This document shows positions 6,234-11,803 of a stretch of 11,803 bases of DNA, piece by piece. How positions within the stretch are numbered: the stretch's first letter is position 1; every line of letters starts with the position of its first letter. A model generated the notes under the pieces. The model saw nothing but the letters and a program-made list of their open reading frames with translations, had not been told where the DNA came from and searched no databases. This DNA comes from Myxococcota bacterium. GTDB lineage: Bacteria; Myxococcota; XYA12-FULL-58-9; JALHOP01. Location of the stretch: positions 1 through 11,803 of the forward strand of contig JBGGMJ010000199.1 in assembly GCA_041288095.1 (NCBI GenBank), written 5' to 3'. The position numbers were made by a program, and so were the translations under genes.

Positions 6234-8426
6234 TCACGCGTCGAGCGGGTCGAACAAAGATTCGACTTCGCCCACGGACAGCGACCGGAGGGCGCTCCCC
6301 GACAGCACCCCGTCCGCGAGCTCGCGCTTTTTGCGCTGCAGACCGAGGATGCGCTCCTCGACACTGCCGGCGACCACCAGGTTGAAGGCGAAAACGGGCT
6401 TCGTCTGGCCAATGCGGTAAGCGCGGTCCGTCGCCTGCGACTGCACCGCCGGATTCCACCATGGGTCGTAATGGATGACGGTCTCCGCGGCGGTCAGCGT
6501 GAGCCCGGTGCCGCCGGCCTTCAAGCTGATGAGAAAGACGTCGTGGTCGCCGCGTTGGAACTGCTCGACGAGCGACTGGCGATCGACGGTCGCGCCGGTG
6601 AGCATGGCGTGCGGAGTCTCGCGACGCTTGAGGTCCTTGCTGATCAGCTCGAGCATGGTCGCGAACTGCGAGAACACGAGGACGCGCTGCTTCTTGGCGC
6701 GGCAGTCATCGAGCATTTCGTGGAGCAGCTCGAGCTTGGCCGACTCCCGCACGGCGCGCGCGGCTGGGACGCTGACGAGGCGCGGATCGCAACAGACCTG
6801 GCGGAGCTTGAGCAACGCGTCGAGGATATCGATGGCGGCGCCGGACACTCCGCGGTCGCGGACAGCCTTGCGAACTTGCTCGTGCGCGGCGATGCGAATG
6901 CTCTCGTAGAGATCGCGCTGCGCGCCTTCGAGCTCGACGGTGCGGACCAGCTCGGTCTTCGGCGGCAAGTCCTTGGCGACCTCGCTCTTCATGCGGCGCA
7001 TGATGAAAGGGCGGATGCGTTCGCGCAGCGCGGCCATCGCCGAGTCACTGCGCAGCTTCTCGATGGGGTATTGGAAGGTGTTGCGGAAGGTCTCGGCGCT
7101 CCCGAGCCAGCCGGGCTGCAAGACGTCGAAGAGCGCCCAGAGCTCGTCGAGACCATTCTCGACCGGCGTTCCGGTGAGCGCCACGCGATGGCGGGTGATC
7201 ACCTGCTTGACCGCTTTGTGCGCGAGGCTCCGCGAGCTCTTGATGGCTTGCGCTTCATCGAGCACGAGCTCGGCGAAGGCGATGGAACCGAAGGTCTCGG
7301 TGTCGCGAACCAGCAGCGGGTAGCTCGTGATGATGACGTCGGCCATCGCCAGCTCGGGTCGTTGTTTCGCGCGCTTGGCGCCGTGCCAGAGCGCCGTCCG
7401 CAATGTCGGAGCAAACTGGGCGATCTCGCGCTGCCAGTTGCCGACCAGGCTCGTCGGGCAAACGACGAGCACCGGGAGATCGAGACGGCCGCGCTCTTTC
7501 TGCAAGAGGAGGTGCGTGATGGTCTGCAGCGTTTTGCCGAGCCCCATGTCGTCGGCGAGAATGACGCCGTTGCCGCGCTCGCACGCCTCTTCGAGCCAAG
7601 CGACACCTTCGCACTGATAAGGTCGAAGCGTCGCGCGCAGACTCTTTGGCGGTTGGAACGGCGGCAACGGCGCCGCGATGCTCGCGCCTTCGAGGCAAAG
7701 GTCTTCGTCGATGCCCGCGAGCTGCTCGATGACGGGCATGCGGCCTTTGGGGAGGCGCAGCTTGCCGTCGAGCAGTGGCTCGCGGTTGTAGAGCTCGAAC
7801 AAGACCTTCACGACCTGGGCGACGCGCTCGGGAGGGACCGCGAGATAGCGCGTGCCGCCGAGCGGCAAGGCGAGGAAGCGGTGGCGATGACGCTCGAGAG
7901 CTTTCAGACTGAGTCGCTCGCCGTCGCGCTCGATGAGGTCGACGAGCACCGGCAAGATGTTGACGCGCTGGCCGTTGAGCTCGATGCCCAGCTCGAGCTG
8001 GAACCAACTCGGGCCGTCGGCGTCCGCCGTAGCGTACCATGGCGCGTCTTCGCCGACGGTGTGGCAGAGGTAGCGATCGTCGATGTCGACGGTCCAACCG
8101 AGCTTGCGCAGGCGCGGCACCACGAGAGCGCTGAAGCTGCACAGCGCATCGATGTCGCCTTCGAGGTCGACGATGTAGTCGGCGCTGCCGGAAAGACGAG
8201 CGAAGTCCTCGAGCGTGTCGATGGGGACGAGCCCGAAGCCCTCGAGCAGACGACGCGCGCGATCCTCGGCCTCCGCGTCGAGAGCGCCTTTGAGCGTCGC
8301 CATGGCGACGACGTGCTCCGCGCCGTCACTTGCCATGACGCGCTCGGTGCTCAATCTCAGAGTGGGAGCTACTTCGACGACAGTGGAAGACTGTACGTGA
8401 GCCCGCGTTGACGTCTGCGTGTTCAC
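6234..8426 (-). CDS. SNF2-family (SWI2/SNF2) helicase-like ATPase
   Basis: Motifs LRPYQ.EGV.WL, GVILADDMGLGKTLQT, VVCPTSLVGNW.REI, LVLDEAQAIK, LTGTPVEN, LLKLRQVCCDP, VLVFSQF and LISLKAGGTGLTL..A.TVIHYDPWWNPA...QATDRAYRIGQ. The start is uncertain (GTG 8426, ATG 8336 or ATG 8303). The 8777 start in the ORF track overlaps the divergent esterase. Confidence 0.92.
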   Translation of the reverse strand: MNTQTSTRAHVQSSTVVEVAPTLRLSTERVMASDGAEHVVAMATLKGALDAEAEDRARRLLEGFGLVPIDTLEDFARLSGSADYIVDLEGDIDALCSFSALVVPRLRKLGWTVDIDDRYLCHTVGEDAPWYATADADGPSWFQLELGIELNGQRVNILPVLVDLIERDGERLSLKALERHRHRFLALPLGGTRYLAVPPERVAQVVKVLFELYNREPLLDGKLRLPKGRMPVIEQLAGIDEDLCLEGASIAAPLPPFQPPKSLRATLRPYQCEGVAWLEEACERGNGVILADDMGLGKTLQTITHLLLQKERGRLDLPVLVVCPTSLVGNWQREIAQFAPTLRTALWHGAKRAKQRPELAMADVIITSYPLLVRDTETFGSIAFAELVLDEAQAIKSSRSLAHKAVKQVITRHRVALTGTPVENGLDELWALFDVLQPGWLGSAETFRNTFQYPIEKLRSDSAMAALRERIRPFIMRRMKSEVAKDLPPKTELVRTVELEGAQRDLYESIRIAAHEQVRKAVRDRGVSGAAIDILDALLKLRQVCCDPRLVSVPAARAVRESAKLELLHEMLDDCRAKKQRVLVFSQFATMLELISKDLKRRETPHAMLTGATVDRQSLVEQFQRGDHDVFLISLKAGGTGLTLTAAETVIHYDPWWNPAVQSQATDRAYRIGQTKPVFAFNLVVAGSVEERILGLQRKKRELADGVLSGSALRSLSVGEVESLFDPLDA

Positions 8427-8431
8427 TGGAC

Positions 8432-8447
8432 TTTCGTCATTACGAAA
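8432..8447. promoter_or_regulatory. Palindrome TTTCGT-N4-ACGAAA, possible operator
   Basis: A perfect 6-bp inverted repeat, AT-rich for this sequence, in the short divergent spacer between the SNF2 gene and the esterase. Confidence 0.3.
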
Positions 8448-8504
8448 CTCGGGATCGCGAGAGAAGTCTTGACCTTCGATAATCGGACCAGCCACGTACG
8501 CGGC

Positions 8505-9578
8505 ATGAAGTGGAATGGTCTTGTGCTCGCGTCGTTGTTCTGCGTCGCGTGTGGATCGAAGAACGCGAACCCGGGTCCAGGTGATCACGACCTCCCCAAG
8601 TCGAGTGTTCACTTCATCGGACGGCACGATACGAGCAACCCAGAGCGTGTGCGCGCCGACTGGTCCGCGACCAGCGTGTACGCGACCTTCGACGGCACCG
8701 GCGTCAGCGCGCGCATCGACGGCGCTGACAACTACTTCGAGGTGTTCATCGATGGCGCGCGGACGTCGACGGTTCACTTCGTGCCGGGCCCGGCGGACAA
8801 CACCGCGAAAGATCTAACCCTCGCGAGCGGACTCGCGAACGGACGGCATACGGTGCAGCTCGTGCGTCGCACCGAGGCCTTCTTCAATCCGAGCGTGTTC
8901 CTCGGCTTCACCGTCAACGGTGGCGCGCTCGTGGCGACCACGTATCCATTCCAGCGGCGGATAGAGGTCATCGGCGACTCGATCACCTGCGGCTACGGCA
9001 TCGAGGGCGCGAACGCCTACTGCGATTTCTCGGGGCAAACGGAGAACGCAGCCGACACGTACGCGGCGCAGACAGCGCGCAATTTCAACGCCGCGCTCTC
9101 GGTAGTCGCCTTCTCGGGCAAAGGCATGCACCACAACCTGAACTACGACCAGAACCCGACGATGCCCACGCTTTACGGACGCTCGTTGTTCAACGACGCC
9201 GATTCCGAGTGGCCGTTTGCGAGCTTTCTGCCCGACGTCGTCGTCATCAATCTGGGCACCAACGACTTCGCAAATAGCCAGGATCCCGGGAGCGCCTTCG
9301 TCGGCGTCTATCTCGACTTCATCGACCGCTTGGAGAATCTCTACCCAGGTGTCGAGATCTTTTGTACCGCGGGCGGCATGATCAACGGCGTATTCGTCAC
9401 GCGCGTGAAGCAGGTTGTGGATGCGCGCCACGCCGCCGGTGACATGCGCGTCCACTACGTGGAGTTCCCGCCTCTGCAGGAGTCCGGCGCCGGCTGCGAC
9501 TATCACCCGAACGTCGCGACCAACACCGCGATGGCGAACATCTTGATCGAAGCGATCAGCGAAGAGACGGGCTGGTGA
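8505..9578 (+). CDS. SGNH/GDSL hydrolase of carbohydrate esterase family 2 (acetyl xylan/glucomannan esterase-like), lipoprotein, 357 aa
   Basis: Signal peptide with lipobox MKWNGLVLASLFCVAC. CE2 N-terminal beta domain (FIGR...W...F.GT...VFIDG...GRHTVQLVRRTE). SGNH blocks IEVIGDSITCGYG, VAFSGKG, PDVVVINLGTND and GCDYHP. Confidence 0.88.
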   Translation: MKWNGLVLASLFCVACGSKNANPGPGDHDLPKSSVHFIGRHDTSNPERVRADWSATSVYATFDGTGVSARIDGADNYFEVFIDGARTSTVHFVPGPADNTAKDLTLASGLANGRHTVQLVRRTEAFFNPSVFLGFTVNGGALVATTYPFQRRIEVIGDSITCGYGIEGANAYCDFSGQTENAADTYAAQTARNFNAALSVVAFSGKGMHHNLNYDQNPTMPTLYGRSLFNDADSEWPFASFLPDVVVINLGTNDFANSQDPGSAFVGVYLDFIDRLENLYPGVEIFCTAGGMINGVFVTRVKQVVDARHAAGDMRVHYVEFPPLQESGAGCDYHPNVATNTAMANILIEAISEETGW

Positions 9579-9585
9579 TAACGTA

Positions 9586-10497
9586 GTGAGCGCGTTTCTG
9601 TTGCTCGCGCTGTGCATGAGCGCGGGCATTGTGATTGGCCGGTCGGGGAAGGCGCCGCCGGCTCTCGCGGGAGGAATCAGTTGGTTCGCGATCAACATCG
9701 CGTTGCCGGCCTTGGCGCTGCATCTGGGCGCGAGCCTCCGCCTCGAAGCGAGCCTCGCGTTCCTGGTTGCGTCACAATGGATCATCTTCATCGGCGCCTG
9801 GCTCCTCGTCGCCGCGGTGGGCCGCGCCTTGTCGTGGTCGCCATTGCGGACAGGCGCGTTGATCATCGTCGCGGGTCTCGGAAACACCGCCTTCATGGGC
9901 TACCCGCTCATCGAGGCGCTGCGCGGCCGGGCTGCCCTCCCCTACGCCGTGGTCGTCGATCAGGCGGGGAGCTTCATCGTGTTCGCGACCCTCGGACTCG
10001 TGGTCACGGCGATTTACAGCGGGCGTCGCGTCGATGCGTGGGCGACGGCGAAGCGCGCGTTGACCTTCCCGGGCTTCATCGGGTTCGCGTTGGGCTTGCT
10101 CGCCGGGACGACGGTCGGCTTGTGGGCGCCACTCGATCTCGCTCTGGAGCGCGTTGGGCTCACGCTGACGCCTCTTGCTGTCTTCGCCGTGGGCGTGCAG
10201 CTGCAGCTGACCGCGATTCGTGGTGAGTGGCTCGCTCTGCTGGTGGCGCTGGGCTGGAAGCTCGTCGCCGCGCCCTTGGTCGTGCTCGGCCTGGGGCTCG
10301 TGCTCGGGGTCGCGGCGCCGGTGCTCGACATCGCGGTGCTACAGAGCGCCATGGCGCCGATGATCTCGTCCGTGCTCCTCGCCGAGCAAGAAGGCCTCGA
10401 GGGGCGGCTCGCCACGGCCATCCTCGGCGTCGGCATGATCGCGTCGCTCGCCACGGTGCCGCTCGCTGGTGCGCTGCTTCAGATGCTCTTGGGCTAG
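9586..10497 (+). CDS. AEC (auxin efflux carrier/malate permease-like) family transporter
   Basis: Highly hydrophobic 303-aa protein with NIALPAL, GLGNTAFMGYPLIEAL.G, VVVDQ, PLAVFAVGVQL, KLVAAP and LQSAMAPM motifs. Starts 7 bp after the esterase stop. Confidence 0.9.
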   Translation: MSAFLLLALCMSAGIVIGRSGKAPPALAGGISWFAINIALPALALHLGASLRLEASLAFLVASQWIIFIGAWLLVAAVGRALSWSPLRTGALIIVAGLGNTAFMGYPLIEALRGRAALPYAVVVDQAGSFIVFATLGLVVTAIYSGRRVDAWATAKRALTFPGFIGFALGLLAGTTVGLWAPLDLALERVGLTLTPLAVFAVGVQLQLTAIRGEWLALLVALGWKLVAAPLVVLGLGLVLGVAAPVLDIAVLQSAMAPMISSVLLAEQEGLEGRLATAILGVGMIASLATVPLAGALLQMLLG

Positions 10498-11195
10498 GTG
10501 AGGTCGATGGTGCCGTCTTGCAGCTCGCGGAAGTAGCGCGCCAGCAGATCGGAGCAGCTCGCGGCAATGGGCGTGCGGCGGTCGTCATCGACGTGGCACA
10601 CGAAGATCTGGCCGACGATGCCGCCGGGTAGAGGCACCAAGTCGAGAACCATGTAGTCACGCTGAAACTGGCCGATGGGGATCCAACCGGGTTTCCACTC
10701 GTCCATGAGGCCCGCCAGCCGTTCACGTTTGTGGAAGAGCTCGCCAACCGGCAGCAACGAGCAATACGCGACCATCGGTCCCAGACGCCCTTGTCCGTCA
10801 TGGCGGGCAAGCAGCTCTTTGTAGTCGAGCGGCAGCGTGACACCGAGCTCCTTCTCGGCAGCGGCGATCGCTTCCGGGCTCGCTGGTCGGCGCAAGCTGC
10901 CGAGCGCGTCTGGTGCGTTTGCGGCCATCCACGCCTCGATCGTGTGCCAGCGCTCGGTCACACTTCCGGTCGCTTCACGCGCTGGTGGCGTCTCGGGGAG
11001 GTCCCACGTGCCTTCGTACGTGAGGCCATGCTCGGCAAGGACCGCGGTAAGCTCGGCGACGACCATCTTGGTCGTGGCGATCGACGGCAGCGCGAGCAAA
11101 TCCCCCAGGGTCTCCACGCCGAGGACGAGCAGCAGGCCCATGGAACGGACGGAGAGCTCGAGATCTTCGACACGCACACTGGTGGCGTCGCTCAT
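10494..11195 (-). CDS. SMI1/KNR4 (SUKH) family protein with an N-terminal RNA polymerase alpha-CTD-like module, 233 aa
   Basis: Start at ATG 11195; the longer ORF-track version is the antisense shadow of the SDR. The C-terminal part W..IEAWM....P....SLRRPASPEAIAAAEKELGVTLPLDYKELLARHDGQ...WIPIG....YMVLDL.P.PGG.VGQI...IAAS..DLL is typical SMI1/KNR4. The N-terminal VEDLELSVRS..LL...GVETLGDLL...EL..VLAEHGL resembles the RpoA C-terminal domain. Confidence 0.85.
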   Translation of the reverse strand: MSDATSVRVEDLELSVRSMGLLLVLGVETLGDLLALPSIATTKMVVAELTAVLAEHGLTYEGTWDLPETPPAREATGSVTERWHTIEAWMAANAPDALGSLRRPASPEAIAAAEKELGVTLPLDYKELLARHDGQGRLGPMVAYCSLLPVGELFHKRERLAGLMDEWKPGWIPIGQFQRDYMVLDLVPLPGGIVGQIFVCHVDDDRRTPIAASCSDLLARYFRELQDGTIDLT

Positions 11196-11208
11196 AGTTA
11201 CTCTATGA
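11192..11208. promoter_or_regulatory. Palindrome TCATAG-N5-CTATGA, possible operator overlapping a TACTCT -10-like hexamer
   Basis: A perfect 6-bp inverted repeat at the 37-bp divergent spacer. It covers the SMI1 gene start codon and TACTCT (11199-11204), upstream of the SDR ribosome-binding site GAGGAGG (11218-11224). Confidence 0.35.
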
Positions 11209-11232
11209 AGCACGATCGAGGAGGCATAGGCC

Positions 11233-11803
11233 ATGGCGGTAGTGATCACAGGGGCGAATCGCGGCATCGGCTTGGCGTTGGTAGGGACGTGGCTCGCGCG
11301 CGGCGCGGAGGTGATCGCGACGGCGCGTGATGTGAAGCTCGCAACCGAGCTCAACGCCATGCTCGCGAACGGCAAGCTCCGTGTGCTGCCGCTCGACGTC
11401 GCGAGTGACGACTCGGTGAAGGCCTTCGCTGACGCGGTCGGCGACGCCACCGTCGACGTGCTCATCAACAACGCCGGCGTCTCGGGCGGCTGGGACACTC
11501 TTGCCGACGTCTCGATCGACAACATCTTGCAGGTCTTCAACATCAACGCGGTGGGCAGCCTTCGCGTCACGCGCGCGTTGTTGCCGCGTGTGCCCAAGCG
11601 GACAGGCAAGCTCATTCACATGACGTCGCAGATGGGCTCGATCGACGACAACACCAGCGGCGGCGCGTACGCTTACCGCATGTCGAAGGCGGCGCTGAAC
11701 ATCGCTTCGAAGAGCCTTGCTGTCGACCTATCGGGCCGCGGCATCATCTCGGTGGTCGTGCATCCCGGCTGGGTGCAGACGGAGATAGGCGGCCGTAGCG
11801 CGC
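11233..11803 (+). CDS. csgA: Short-chain dehydrogenase/reductase, CsgA (C-factor)-like, truncated by the window edge
   Basis: Not in the ORF track; translated by hand: MAVVITGANRGIGLALV...LDVASDDSVKAFADAVGDATVDVLINNAGVSGGWDTLADV...TSQMGSIDDNTSGGAYAYRMSKAALN...VVVHPGWVQTEIGG. It has the TGxxxGxG, NNAG, YxxxK and HPGWVxT motifs and a strong RBS (GAGGAGG). The SDR call is firm; csgA orthology is less certain. Confidence 0.85.
   Translation, partial: MAVVITGANRGIGLALVGTWLARGAEVIATARDVKLATELNAMLANGKLRVLPLDVASDDSVKAFADAVGDATVDVLINNAGVSGGWDTLADVSIDNILQVFNINAVGSLRVTRALLPRVPKRTGKLIHMTSQMGSIDDNTSGGAYAYRMSKAALNIASKSLAVDLSGRGIISVVVHPGWVQTEIGGRSA

Noticed and set aside
4853..6385. 510-aa plus-strand ORF
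   Set aside because: It is the in-register antisense shadow of DUF1015 and ppiA, which happen to share a frame.
5973..8411. 812-aa plus-strand ORF
   Set aside because: It lies mostly antisense to the SNF2 gene in the same codon register, the usual shadow ORF of GC-rich genes, and has no recognisable motifs.
8427..8777. N-terminal extension of the SNF2 ORF to 8777
   Set aside because: It overlaps the signal peptide and N-terminal domain of the divergent CE2 esterase.
8814..9896. 360-aa minus-strand ORF
   Set aside because: It is antisense to the well-supported esterase and AEC transporter genes and has no domain signal.
11196..11615. 140-aa N-terminal extension of the SMI1/KNR4 ORF
   Set aside because: It overlaps the SDR on the opposite strand. 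ATG 11195 directly precedes the alpha-CTD-like module and is the better start.
1..11803. CRISPR array, tRNA/rRNA, IS or integrase, or a recognised anti-phage system built around the SNF2 gene
   Set aside because: I saw no regularly spaced direct repeats, RNA-gene signatures or transposase/recombinase motifs. The SNF2 gene has no adjacent methylase, nuclease or other defence partner.

Overview
GC-rich bacterial window (GC not computed), probably Myxococcota or a related deltaproteobacterium, judged mainly from a close CsgA-like SDR. I support 12 CDSs. From left to right: a DUF5829-like protein (partial, -); a putative lipoprotein with a fibronectin-III-like domain and a glycoside-hydrolase-like barrel (-); three orphan proteins, one with a canonical EF-hand loop; a co-oriented minus-strand run of SNF2 helicase, cyclophilin PPIase and DUF1015; a CE2-type SGNH esterase lipoprotein followed by an AEC-family transporter (+); a SMI1/KNR4 protein with an N-terminal RNA-polymerase alpha-CTD-like module (-); and a CsgA (C-signal)-like SDR (partial, +). 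I see no rRNA, tRNA, CRISPR array or mobile element. The most unusual observations are (1) the degenerate alpha-CTD/SMI1-KNR4 fusion, with no adjacent toxin, set head-to-head with the csgA-like gene across a 37-bp spacer containing a palindrome, and (2) two back-to-back sigma28/FliA-like promoters (GCAACT-N13-GCCGATA) pointing at two divergent non-flagellar orphan genes. Family calls come from motif recognition, not database searches, and I cannot establish novelty from the sequence alone.
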